The notes beneath the pieces were generated by a model. The model was not told the DNA's origin. It ran no database searches and saw nothing but the letters and a program-made list of their open reading frames with translations. Both the position numbers and the translations under genes were made by a program. This document shows positions 48,183 through 62,045 of a stretch of DNA of 64,000 nucleotides, in pieces; position 1 is the stretch's first letter; every line of letters starts with the position of its first letter. This DNA is from Antedon mediterranea (Eukaryota > Animalia > Echinodermata), in the NCBI RefSeq assembly GCF_964355755.1, contig NC_092672.1, forward strand, positions 35,966,437 through 36,030,436, read 5' to 3'.

Positions 48183-51100
48183 TTAGGCCTACAGTAAATA
48201 AGTTTAATAATTACAGTAGGCCTATGTATGTTCAGTTTATTTGAATGTCTGAAAAACTGCAATAAGTCTGCGTTCACCATTACTATTTGTATGTTCAAAT
48301 AACCTAAATGTAAATGAAATTAAATTTACTATACGACGACGTATATTTTAAAGAAAGTTTCTGTTCTAAAAAGTAAGTTAAGTTCGCAGCAAGCAATACT
48401 TAAAACATGATATCAAAAAGAAACATTGATGAACGGTACTTGATTTATAATGTCAGTAATTTCTCGTCAAATATTCTTAACATGTTTTTCATATTCAACT
48501 GTTTTTTGGATTATAAATTAGATATAATCCGTGTGGGCTGTTCACCCTTAAATGTAGATGACATTTATGGAGCGCTCAGACAACAAATCTCGTATACCTT
48601 GGTTGTAAACATGTAATATGATCATACAAATATGACTGATAATGGTTACATACATTTTCACGTTTTTTGTGTTGAATTTGGAAGGCTTTAATGCCTATCC
48701 CTTTTTATCTATGCCTACGGCTACAAAGCTATTTTAATCATTGTGTTCGTCTATTTTTCACGTTCGTTCGCCGTTCAAATAGTGGCGCGTGGTTCTTATT
48801 TACTCGCCTATATTGAAGAAAATTGCCTTCATTCTGTTTGTCTTTGTGTTTGCTTGCCGTAGGCCAGTTTGTCGTCGTCAAGTCAATGTTTAGCTTCGAT
48901 TCACCGTGATTTTATGTCAGATTAACAGTGATTACATGGAAATTTCCAATATCTTTCTTTATGTAGATTTTTAATAGAGATTCGAGTAGTGTTCTGTGTG
49001 ACAGTCATGCGCGAGTGCTATTGCAGTCACGGCTTAGTAAACGCTAGCAAAACGCGTTCCTTGCGGCGATATATTTCTCAATCGAACGATTTTCTCTTCT
49101 CGCTTATCGAGTCAAAATCCTTGTTAATTTCAAAGCCATAGGCAACCACCCCTCGTTGAACGTCGACAAGGCAGATTTCTATTTATATGGAAAACCAATT
49201 TCACTAAACTGCAAATCATTTTAACAAATTCGTTTGATCAGCGTACGGCGCAATAGTAATAAACATCTCGCGGCGATCATGATTACAGGTTTTTGAACTA
49301 AATGATTCGAACGGCGTCAAAAAATCTCGTTTGCGTCAAACTTAAATCAGACCCGTCATTTCTCACATCGATATCAGAAATGAATTTTAAATGAGTATAT
49401 AAAAATGCAAAAAAAGAAACTCCATAAAAATGCTGACCAGTGTATAAACTTAGCCAATACCTTGTATACTCACGGCTTAAAGAACATTGTATGATTTGAA
49501 ATGAATGCGAAAATTTATCATTCACACTCGAGATATACCCGAATTTGCGAGTTATATTCTTTTTCCCCTTAGTTAGAGAAAGCCCCATCGTCAGAAAACC
49601 GCCTTGTCGATAAAACATACGAATAAAAACAATAAAATATACAGAACAAGTTAAGATATAAACCGGTACATGCGAGTTTTATCCCCAGATGTGAATAAGG
49701 CCCACCCCCTCACCGAAAAAAACCCCGTCAGCCAGCCTCTATATATATTGCATTAAAGTTTAAACCTTACACAATACAAATAACATGACTTCTTTTCTTT
49801 CCTTTACCGACTTATTCATTTATGTATTATTAGAAAGCAGTTGATAGGTAATATACCTAGAATACTTTTCTTTCATCTACGAGTCTTCTAGGATTTTATA
49901 ACCCAGCCAAATTAATTGACAATTTTCCATTGAGCTGAAAAACTAAAACAGTTGAACAGTTTCCACTTTGTTTGATTTCTATGACATTTAATTCATCTAA
50001 GTCATTTCAAATAAAAGCTTCCCGATATGGACTTATGAAGTGGAGTACTTAACAAATCATTAGCAGCATTTGTAATATTCTATTGATGTTTCGTAAAGTG
50101 TTTTTTTAATGCGTGGCCGTATGGACGGGTAGTAGAACAGCGTCAGAGTATAACGTTTCAATTTCGCTGCGAAGACTAACTGTCGGTTCGCACATGACAA
50201 ATGTGGTAACATTACCGCGAGAAGATTGCGCCTAAACTACAATCTTCCGCGAAAACCAATTTCGTCTGCACACGTAAGTGGCTCTTCCCATTATCCCAAT
50301 TGGCTACAATAACCTCTGGACTGTTTCGTTTATGGGAGGTTAAATGCATATTAATTGAAATGGATATCGTTGAAAATGACTTGCTTGTTAAAAACAAAGA
50401 CAAAAATAAAACATAACGTTAAAACTCTGCAATCAATGGATGCCTTCTTGAGACGGTGCTTCTTATAAACCAATAATTATACGCTCACATTTCAACCTAA
50501 ATAGTTAATGTTTATTTAGATTTATATTCTAATAGGCCTATAGAAATATTAAATAATGTTGTAATATTATAATAACAATAAATAATATTGATTAATAATT
50601 TGTACGAAAGTTGACCTTAGATATAAATCTCATAACTTACAATTTCTAACAATAATTATTTTAGTTTAGTTGGTCTCTAAGCCTACGCTTATTTATGTAA
50701 TTACTTGGTGTTAATTATGGTATAGTTCAGTTTGGAACCAGGGTTATATCTTTATAGAGCATACAGAGGGGTTAATACATGCAAATATTGCTGTATTAAT
50801 TATTTTATTTAAAAAAATGAACAGGATTTTATCAAGTTTGTGCTCTAAGAACAAAGTGAGATATGGAACGCCATGAGCGTAATTAGTAATATGAAATGTA
50901 TTCCCATTCGGATGCATATCTGAATCATGACACGATTACAGTTACAAACTAACTACGTCATAGCATAATGCATTGATTACCCTCTCATCGGAAGCATATT
51001 TTTGTGTCCGTTAAAATAACTTCATGGAAAAAAAAATCTTGGCTAATCAGTTTTAATTACTTTTTAATCGTAGTGATTATGAAGTATACTCTCACGAGGC

Positions 51101-52649
51101 AGTTGGTCTGTAGGCGAATCGTTATGTCGGGCAGTAGTATAGATGCTAAGAAGATAAAAAAAAAATGATGTTAAATCAATTTGACAAGGTTTTATTTAAG
51201 CGTGTATATTGCCACTTATTGCGATTTGCTTGACGATTACAAAAACAACAGTTAATAACTAAAGGCAAATTCAATATATTTCAATTTTTACAATTCATAA
51301 TTTAGGATGAATATTAATGAGAATTTAATGTACAATAAATGTCTAAAATACATTCGAAGACAAAGTCACGAACTCTTTGTTACTTTAGGACAATAATAGA
51401 TAGCGTAAATGCCCCGGATGCTGCGCGCCCCAGATAGCCTACTTGTCGTCTGAATATTATATATATATATACTCTCGAACGCTTTTAAACATTTCACGAT
51501 GTATCAGTATGATTCTATAGCTTGGTGGCTTATAACTATGCTTGTAGTCATTGGTTCGATTCAACTGGTCTCCATCAGAAGCATTTGCCGAATGTACTAC
51601 CGTACCACCCGCCCCCTCCTCCTTTTAAGGGACACCCATAAGGGGATATAATTATTCCCTTATAAAGAGGAAGGGATAATACTTTTAACACGGTAAACCT
51701 TCAGTGAACACCCCTATTATTTTAAGTGGACACTTTCTTGAAAGGTAACATAAAGTTGAAAAGTAATTATGCTTAGGCCTACACTTGATCAACGAGCCAA
51801 CCTTATATCCATCCCACCACCACCCCCTCCCCCCCCCCCGCCCAACCCCATTTTGTTGGTTATGACTACGAAAGTTCACTCGTTGTCATCAAATCATGTT
51901 TCTATAAACACATCCCGAAAACCAGATGGTTTTGTGACCTAAGTTACACTTCTAAATTACTCCATCAATACAGAGAAAATTCATATTCTCTTAATCAATA
52001 GTTTATACATTACATACAGTCGTACGTTGTTGCGATGTAGGTGCCAATTTGCACGCCCATAAAACGACGAAGTGAGCACCAAATGTGCGTATTTGTAGAT
52101 ACTTTGTCACCATCACGTGACATTGTTTTTGTTCCTTTGATTATCTTTTAATTATCTCAATTATTGTTACATTATTTTGAGATTCTTAAAGGAAATACTC
52201 ACGTTCGCGCTAATAGTGTTATCAAATATTCGCTCATAGTTTCATCGTTTTAATTCGTGTCATGAATTTCTCGTTTGAGAGAGATACAAGTTAGCGATGG
52301 AGAGGAAACGACCATCGGATATTACGAATGATACAAACGATAGTACAATAGAACATGTATCTGTGTGGCCTGGGCCTACAAATGAAGTAATAATGATTTA
52401 TTAATATGCTTATAAACGCGTTATATTGCACGTAATTTATTTCAACATTTTCATGTACATAAAAATAATGAAAACAATTTAATTTATCACGAAGCGACTG
52501 TAAAGCTTGGTTTGCACTACTACTGTAACTGCGCAACGCAACGACGTAAGCGCAAACGCAAGCCAATGACAAGCGACAGTTCGAATACTCCATCGCTTTT
52601 GATTTGTCAACTCACTTGTGGTGCGTCTACGTCCTTGCGTTGCGTCCAT

Positions 52650-52850
52650 GATCCAGTGGTTGTACTATGACCCTGGTCTATGGTTCAATAATTGTATCAT
52701 TGGGCGTCTGCATATCCATGTTCAAATCACTGTTGATCCAAATTTATTTAACTCTCACAAATTATTATCATCTTTTAACTTAGCATTATAGCTTTATGGA
52801 GACTCTTAGATCATAACAGTGCCAACTGAGCGCTATACAAAATCATTACA
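52650..52850 (+). mobile_element. degenerate SINE with L2-like tail
   Basis: cagtggtt head-like sequence; ends ctgagcgctatacaaaatcatta. Confidence 0.4.
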
Positions 52851-53465
52851 ATAAACATTAAACATGATTGTAATGGGTGTGTCTAAGATTAAATCCAAAT
52901 CAGTGAATAGTAGCACCATTAAGTCCGCGTAGGTTATCTAAACCTAACAAAAGCAACGTAACACAATCAAAACATTACACCTAATTCTGAGCAGAGTTAC
53001 AGAAATAGTAATTATTAATAAGCATCATTCCGCTTAAGCTCAAGGCCATTGTGTTTGTCTGCATAATGTTATACTGCCACTTTTTTCATATTAAAAACAT
53101 AGAATTTTTAAAAGTTAATTAAAACGCGTTTTAAATGAAAACTTTTACCAATTAAGACGCCCCCTCCCTTCCTCTAGCCTCTCTTTCTTCCCAGCACAAC
53201 CTCACCAGCGTGTGTTTAAATTGTATTGTATGCAAATATTAACCCCTTCTTTGAAACACGTCTATTAAGGGTTCTGCTAGTTACGACCTAAGGGAACACT
53301 CTATTCTCCAGTTGTCCCCTTAATAAGGCTTCTACCGTAGATAGGCCTAGAAATGGATTCGAATATTTCTTAAGGATAATTTGTTTAAACATAATTTCTA
53401 AGGCATTTTATAATTTTACAATCGATTTTATATTGAAAACAACTGGCTGTTATTTCTCGTTTTTA

Positions 53466-53624
53466 AGCTCTGTCTACACTATCAAATTTTATGTGACAAA
53501 CAAAATGTGATGTGCCCACGGACATGATGATGTCATAATATCACCACCGTTTTTGGGCATCACTACAATATTTGGGCACATCACACTTTTTTTTTCAAAC
53601 TAGTTTGATAGTGTGGACAGAGCG
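53466..53624. mobile_element. MITE family A
   Basis: both TIRs, TTA TSD. Confidence 0.85.
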
Positions 53625-55860
53625 TTAGTTTGTTCGAATGGTTTTTCCTCACCTTCCGCTTAGTCCTATATAGTGATATTTTCAGATAATCTAGATTTTG
53701 TTAAAAGTACAGAAAACAAAAATTAAAAAAAACCTGGATTTACAAATAGTAAGATATTGCCTGCAGATGCTGATGTTTAATCGTAATTATAATGAATAGC
53801 CTAATTCTTGATTAACGAATTCGTAACGAAAAGAAAACACAAATTATTTTATTCGTTGTTAGTACAATACTTATGATTAATTAGACGTATAATGTTTGAT
53901 TCGTTCGTGTTATTAATTCAAGCGTAAGGGTATTATTGGATGAATCGAAGTAGGCTAGGACATGATTGTGGCACGACGCCGCGAGCGTTCTGTGATTGGT
54001 GTTACAGGCCAGGGCCTAGTTATGATTTAATTGTTCGTGGAACTTCGCTAATTTGTTTTACAAAACGGAATTATATCGTATAAATTTACATTTTGTTTTA
54101 TTGTTAGGTCTTGTTTAAAATTTGATTTTAAGATAAATGTTTTTAATATTGATAGTTTGTAAGTAGGCTATTTCACTGTTTACATTTTTAGTTTATTTAC
54201 TGTAGACTGTATTGCGGCATAATAACAGAAACCGCTAGTTAACTTCTGGTGGTTGTGTATTCGATATAAATTTTATTCAAATATCGAGATCCACTCTTTT
54301 TTTTCACAACGTAAAAACAATTCTATTATATTCATCGTTCTTGTTGTTTGTTTCTGTACCTGCAAAAGAATGAATCCTGGTTACACACTCCATTGCGCCC
54401 TCAACGAAATCCAGAAGTTTTGTTGTCCAATGAGAGGTAAACTTAAAGTTCACGTGATTGTCTTGAAGGATTGGTCAATTTTTAATGTTCTCTTGTTACT
54501 CCCTTTAGCGTGTAACTATCTGCACTAAAGATGTGTTTTATACTCCAACATTTTTAGCCTATTATTCATTTTGTTCATTCTCCACTTATAGGAGGAAAAT
54601 CAGAATTCTCCCTGTCCTACTATTTATTTAAAACACAATATGTGGGTGTAGCCTGCATCTGGCGATCTTCTGATGATGCCGCAGCCTGTTTGATCAAACT
54701 TTTGTTAGCATTGAGTAGCGCGGTACTGACGCAGTTTGGCTAGGCTCTGACGCAGCTTGGCTAGGCTGTACGGCTGCGACGTAGACAGGCCTATCATCAA
54801 TTGCTACCATTAGATAATAATTAACAGATCCTCTATTTACACTTGATAGGACTAGTGCCCGCAGAACACCCATCATTGAATTAAAGTAACAAATAAACAT
54901 GTTATGCCCTAGTATTTTAAATTCTATTTCTATTAGTTTTAAATTTACAGCCATCGATTTGTAGAACAAATTTTACATAACCAGACTACCGTATCGCACA
55001 CCTTAGTTATTAATCTCAGTATATTTCATACATCATAACATAATATATTAAAATCATAGAACATAGGCCTATAGTAACGTCTGTTGTTATATTTGACCAA
55101 AAATGTAATCTAAAAAAAATATATTTAGGCTACCTCATAGAAACTGTAGTTTAAAGCAAAACATAGTCAAATTTTCTTTCAGTCAATGATTTTTTTGTGT
55201 TAAATTTAACCGTTTATTTTAGTTCAAAGTGAAATCAATATTTTTGTTCCCTTTTTCCTACGTAAATGAATAACACTGCAAAATGGCCTGTTTTATCATC
55301 ATTTTTCAATGTTTTGATGGACAATACATCTTTAAGTATGTAAATTAGTATTTCAACTATACACACTTAATCAATTAATTCTAATTAAGCACTTACTCAT
55401 TGTTGTGATACCGAACTTTAATTAATAATTAATAATAATATGTCTACATTATATAAACGATACTTGCCGGTAGATCAACACAATTAATAATTGTAACAAA
55501 CACGTTTAGGCTACTTTTTAATATATGACAGTTTAAACACAAATTTAATACCGGCACTTTAATACCGTCGAATACATGAATAGATTAAATTATTTAATTA
55601 TTATTATAATAACAACTATTACAATGTGTCGGGCACAATGAACTTCACTCACCAAACACTAATTTTAAGTACACCTTATTCGGTGCGTTAACTTGTTAAT
55701 TTTACAGGGTATTTTGTTATTACATTAGCGTTTGATTTAGGCCTATTGTTAAAAAACACACGTTTTAGTCAAATTATCCGGGTATGGAGAGCTCAACGAA
55801 AAACAAAGCTGGGAGAGTTTTTGAAGGAATTAAATCACAAATGTAGGCCTAGGTTTTTTT

Positions 55861-55980
55861 TCACACAAGCTAATACAGGCCTACTCAACTTTTGTTAGAG
55901 GCCTGATTGGCTATTGTATTTCACACAAGCTAATACAGGCCTACTCAACTTTTGTTAGAGGCCTGATTGGCTATTGTATT
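55861..55980. repeat. exact 60-bp tandem duplication
   Basis: 55861-55920 is identical to 55921-55980. Confidence 0.95.
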
Positions 55981-57630
55981 ACAGTTAGGGCTGCTTTGGC
56001 AATTGAATTTCTTGAATAAAGGAACCTTTATGATTATTTTAATACGATATAAAATGTGTACATTTTAATTTGATATAATGTAAATTATTTTGACTGTTAT
56101 AACTGTTTTATATAGACGACTGCGTCTGTTAGAAGTTATTTATAATTTATGTTATTATTATTGTAAAACAATAAATCGATGATTTAAAATAGAGTGAGGT
56201 CCATTTCGGAAATAGTTTTAAAATATTGTATTGCATTATTTTGTAGGTTGTTTGATGCCTAACACTAAATTTCTTTCATTTCGTTTAATGAAGCCTGTTT
56301 GCAGCAAATATTATTTTGTTTGTTTTTATTTTTTCAATAAATTCTATCTGAACGACAGAAAAAATTATTACTGTATAATATAAATAAAAGAATGTATTCT
56401 AACAAATTAATCTAAATTCATTGTCTATACCTTGAAGTAGCATAGAGTATTTATATTTAAAAAATTTATATTGATTTTTTTTTATTTCTATCAAATCTTT
56501 TTAAAATATGTAAATGCTTCTCAAATGTCCGAGCACAGTGGGCAAAATCACAGAAAAATAATCTTTCACATCTCAATTACCTTCTGTGCATTATTCGTTA
56601 ATTTAAATACACACTTTTCCTATTGTACAAACTGATGTCAAAAACACGCTCGTTATCAACTAAATACGAACAAACGAACTTTTGATTCGTAATATTAAAT
56701 CAAATATAACTGGTTGACCGTTGACCATTCAGTTGTCTGTTCAGTTATATCGGGTTACAATTGGACATTGTTGTAGACGCTAGTTCTGCTGATAATATTA
56801 CCAATTGCCATTCGCCGTTTGATTATCGTCTTTTGTTTTCTACAAATGCTTCAATTGTTGGATCAACCCGACTGGCTCCAGTAAAAAATATCACAATAAA
56901 ACATCGTCAACAATAATAATAGACTTCTGATAGTATTCACCTCGGCTGCTGTTTTTTTAATAAAACGTTATTAGTTAGAAACCAAAATAGTATACAGAGA
57001 CTCTGCTAACGAAGATTGCGTTTTATTGTAATAGCAATTCGCTATACCTCCCAAATCTCTTTGTGATTAGATCCGCAGTAATCTGACAGATTTACGTGTG
57101 ACTCTTTTCTTCTAGGTGTCGGAATTATGACCCAGCTATTGAATTCAAGAATTAAGAATGACACCTTGTTGTTTAGGTTTTGTATGCCTAGAAATTTGTA
57201 TTAAGGATAGTAAAGCTACTGGCGCCGGCCATAGCGAAGTTTAGCCTGGTTCAGTCAGTCATTGTTGCCTAAGTACGCGGTCCCATTGACCGAGAAGTGT
57301 TGGCCCAAAGCGCGGCATTGTCTCGCCGTACCCGCTAGACATTTCGCATCTTCTGACAATACTTCAGCGTGTTGTAGTCTATAATCCGTCCGTCGCCATC
57401 TGATTGTTAGCCTATAGTTAGCTGTCTCATCCCTCTTTTATTTTGCTCCCTGTTTGTTTAACGTGTCAACAAGCGATACTGCATCTTATAGTATAATCGT
57501 TTGCTTAACAATTAGAGAGCCTTTTTTAGGAGCAATCAACTGCTGTGTCAATTAGTTTAGTTCATTTTAATTACTCTTCAGACGAAGGTGCTAAAGAATC
57601 TCAGCTTTGCGTTCAATATCTGCAAACGTT

Positions 57631-57870
57631 TCGCACCAACGTACAATGCAATACATTAGACCTATAACACATACATGCGTTAATATGCATGATGGAATTG
57701 AAAGAATATATCGCACCAACGTAAAATGCAATATATTGGGCCTAAAACACATACATGCGTTATACTTTATAAATGCACGATCACATTGAAAGAATGTCGC
57801 ACCAACTTACAATGCAATATATTAGGCCTATAACACATTACATGCGTTATACTTTATAAATGCATCATGA
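57631..57870. repeat. ~80-85-bp imperfect tandem triplication
   Basis: tcgcaccaacgtacaatgcaata...catgcgtta three times. Confidence 0.85.
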
Positions 57871-60683
57871 AAGAATAAATAAGTCTGAAATATTAAATTT
57901 AAAAAAAAATAAAAGGCATAGAATGGACAGCACCAAATAAACTTGGAAAACACAAACAAATAATAGAAACATATTACTTTTTTTTAACATGACATGATGT
58001 TTTTCATGCCTGATAATTTGCATTCTATTTAACCAGAATATAATTCAATTACCAATAATATAATAGTCATATATTAAATTAAATAAACAATTGTGCTTGT
58101 AAAAGTATATGCATGCGACTCACGAATAAATTAATATTGATGACAATCATCACAAATTGTTGCTTTGTCGATAATAACGGTGACAAAATTAACGGTTGCA
58201 GTAATTGAATAATTGACAAATGGCCATTTTGCGAGGGCCTTAATATCTTGTTTCAAATTAGAGTCTGGGTATGCAAGCGCGCGTTTTAATTGAGCAGCGC
58301 AGACAAGTTAGTTACACCGATGAATTGTTGATTTATTGATACAGAGAGTGTTGTTAGCCAAACATGGCGATGGTTTTTGCTAATGATTTTAACATGAGAA
58401 GTGAACTATTTGAACAAATTAACAAACACCTCCTAATTGCGTAAAATATCATTACATTTATTAAAAATAACCATATCTCAGTTTACAGTCAAGTAAATTA
58501 TAAAGTTATGCAAGATTTAGTGTGAACATAAACTGCATTTGTCGAATTTCACTTCTAGTCCAATATTAATCCTAACAAAGGAATACTGACGTTTTCTAAT
58601 GTCTGTCACTTCTTTCTGGCTGTTTTACTTAATACTGTTTTGATTTAACTTTCTAATCATCCGATTTTCAGGGTTTATAATCACATATGACAATATTTCT
58701 CCAGTATCATGGAAAATTCCCTAATACACCATCCAATGTGTTTCACGTGGTATGTTAGGTTCATGACATGCTTCTATGTTTTGTGATGCTGTATCTCGAA
58801 ATTTGCGTATGATATACTGTGAAAAGAAATTTTAAATAAATATTACTGAGTATCGGCTAGGTTGACCATCATGATAGAACATTATTTTTTAAAAGATAAA
58901 TAAAGTTCGTGTCCTTACAAGTTTACAGTTTAAATGCTCTAAATCTAACGACGGTTATTTAGTCTTCTGTATCCATGGTAACAGTATACTGTTCGTGGTA
59001 CGTTTTAAAGATAAATTTATAACGATCAGTTTGTGAATATTGCTCAATTGTAGTTGGATGAAACTACAATAATTAAGACGCTTATTAAGACATCTATGGG
59101 AAGCCGACGACGCCATAAATCACAGATGGTTGGAGAATATGGACATTTATTGCTTGTTAATTGATATTAGTAATATATCAAACCAGATAGAATGCCAGCG
59201 TTCCATTCGTTTTAATAGAAATGATCTAACTTCGCGTCTGGGTTTTGATTTGTTCTTATAAGGATGATTGTTGTCATCTATTCAAGGTAGATATCCGCGA
59301 CGTGATTATTTCTTATCAATATAGGTTATGACATTATATCAATAGATCAACAAGCAATATAAAAGTCATTAAATTTCACTGTTTCTACTAATGATCCAAT
59401 TTTGTGAAAGTGAAGCTACTGAATTGATTAAATACCGTGATAACAGCCGCTGTATCATATTTAATGACGTTCGCATTTCGAAAGAAAAAAAACAAAATTA
59501 GCTTGAAAAATATTCATTACTTCTTTTAATAATGTTATTAATTCTAATTAAGATTGATAATCGTACCACACTATACATTATGATTTTATTGGTTTTGCAA
59601 TGAAATCTTGTTATGATTTCACGAATACGCAAACTCACCAAAATGGTCTTCAAGAGAAGTTATGATCTTACCGATTGTTGTCACTCATCTCACTTTATTC
59701 TTTTATCTATTTTTCCATGGTTCTTCGGGAAAACTAATTCCATGATATTCTAAACTATTATTAAAATTGAAATTATTAAGTTATTTATACATTTTGGGAA
59801 AACACCGAACGTTTTACAATTTTTTAAGTTAGTTTATATCAGCTGCTGCTTTTACAGATTTTTTTCGAGATCTTTTCCAACTTTCATATGTCCTTTATTG
59901 ACACCGAATTGTTTAGGTGATGTCATGAATAATGTTGCCAAACTTCCGACAGCATAATACAATTAAAATAAACTTGAGTTCGATTAAAAACTTTTTGCAA
60001 ACATATTTTTATTATTATCATTATATTTTTAACTTATTTCTGGTCTGTATTTGGAGGTAATGTTGTCTTTAGTAACACATGACGGTTTATTCTTTGATGA
60101 AACTGTCAGCGATTTGTAAATAATGATTGGTATAGTCTATCGATTCGTCTCATAATTTATCTATCATGTTAATACTATGATTGACGTGTCTACAAATTCA
60201 ATATTTCCTTCCACTAGATAACTTCGTTCAATAGTATTGTCACTTCACACAAGAGACACGAAAACTTTTTACCTGTCGCTCACTGCTCCGTAAAATTAAA
60301 AGACAATTCCATGGCAATATAACAAAGATATAGAGGTGAAAATGCTTCCTACTAGGCCGAAGTTTAACGCCCATCAAGGCCGCAATATGCTACGATCCAC
60401 CTTACACGGCGACATTCAGACGCCGGCCTGGCCAAATCTTGCGAAATTGTAGCTAGGCTCGTTCACGGCCAATTACCGCTTTTCACTAAACCTGAATCAG
60501 CAGAAATGATTTTGTTCTTCCGTAAGAAAAAGTGTGAATGTTTTATATTTATTACAAAGTTTGGTTTGTTTTAGAATATTCTATGGCCTGTATGTCAACC
60601 ACAATTACTGTACTACAGTGTTGTGTTGTGCGTGTGTTCGTCGGAACGCGACTTAAGAAGATTTGTTTCGTTCGCGTTAAGCG

Positions 60684-60834
60684 TACACTATCAGACTTTA
60701 TGTGACAAACAAGTGTGATGTGCCCATATATAGACATGATGATGTCTAATCACTACCATACTTGGGCATACCACTACCATATATAGGCACATCACACTTT
60801 TTTGTCACATAATGTTGATAGTGTAGACAAGGCT
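60684..60834. mobile_element. MITE family A
   Basis: internal motifs and degenerate TIRs. Confidence 0.8.
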
Positions 60835-61924
60835 TTAGAAATACACCGTTTTAAAAATGATATTAAATTGTATCGCAACGTTCAATTTTTTTTTCGTTGA
60901 AAACAATATTAATTTCAGCAGTATTGATGATAAATGCGAAATATGGTGATATTAGGCCACTTGTTTGTAATTAATGAAGATGTTTTTGTAAAACATTGTA
61001 ATAATCGTAAAATTCCTTCAAAACTGATCATTGATGTGACTTCACTTTACTCAAATAAAAACTTAAAATCATAATTCCAGAATGAGCAGTTAAACGCCTC
61101 TGGGTTTGTGTAAAATATGATAACGAAGATATAGTTACACCAACACGAAGTTATGTAAAGTAAATAAATTGGTTCGTTAATTCTTTCCAAACCAACGCTT
61201 AAGTTTGAGCACGTGATCAGCGTTCAGATGGTAAAAACTCATAAAAAAAAAATCACCGATGCAAAGTAAAATTTACTACATGTTATTTTTAATATGAATT
61301 GTTTGATAAACTAGTTCAAAAGTAATATTAGGCCTAGATAACAAAAAGTTGTATATTCAGAAGCGGTCAACAAAATTCCAAAATTCTTCTCCGGTATTCA
61401 TATCTTTTAATAATGTAGTAATGTTTTGTTCGTCGTTTATATGCCTATAAACAAACAACAAACCAAAATATGGTACTGTACTAAATTATTAATTGTATGT
61501 GTACTAATTAGGCCCATGCACACCGAATATGATATGGCCCTATCCATTACACCGCCTTATTCCCCTTCGACACTTTCTATTTCTTTGTTATACAATTTTT
61601 TTGCTCGTTGGTTGGTTGAAATTTGACAGATGAAATGGCGCGTAATGAATCAAAACAGACGAGAGTGAATGTCTGCAAGCGCTGTTTCACGCTCCCGCGA
61701 ATTTTCATTCTTTCAAAAACTATTCATATTTCAAAAAGCGGTTGACTTTGCACACCAAATCCCGAGAATCTGACGCTGATAATCTGTGCCTCTGGCTACT
61801 TAATAATCGTACATACTGATCGTATAATTTCATAGTAATTGATAAAGATAAAGAAATAACTTATTTCTTCATGACACTTGATAGAAAGCTACCTTAAAGT
61901 TTTTTTTTTATTAATTTATTCGTT

Positions 61925-62045
61925 ATACCGGGTAGCCTGTTCAGTCTAGTATACCGGGGTAATCCTGTACTCGTCTCTAAAGATGTACTAGGTTCACGTG
62001 AACCAGATATGTACACTAGACCTATGGTTTATATTCCTATAGAAC
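61925..62045 (-). mobile_element. second Deu/Nin-like SINE core fragment
   Basis: reverse complement tataaaccataggtctagtgtaca...tgaacctagtacatctttagagacgagta aligns to 22451-22518. Confidence 0.7.

Noticed and set aside
57215-57405. GC-rich stretch tested as an exon
   Set aside because: The minus-strand frames I translated hit stops or gave no recognisable protein; treated as non-coding.
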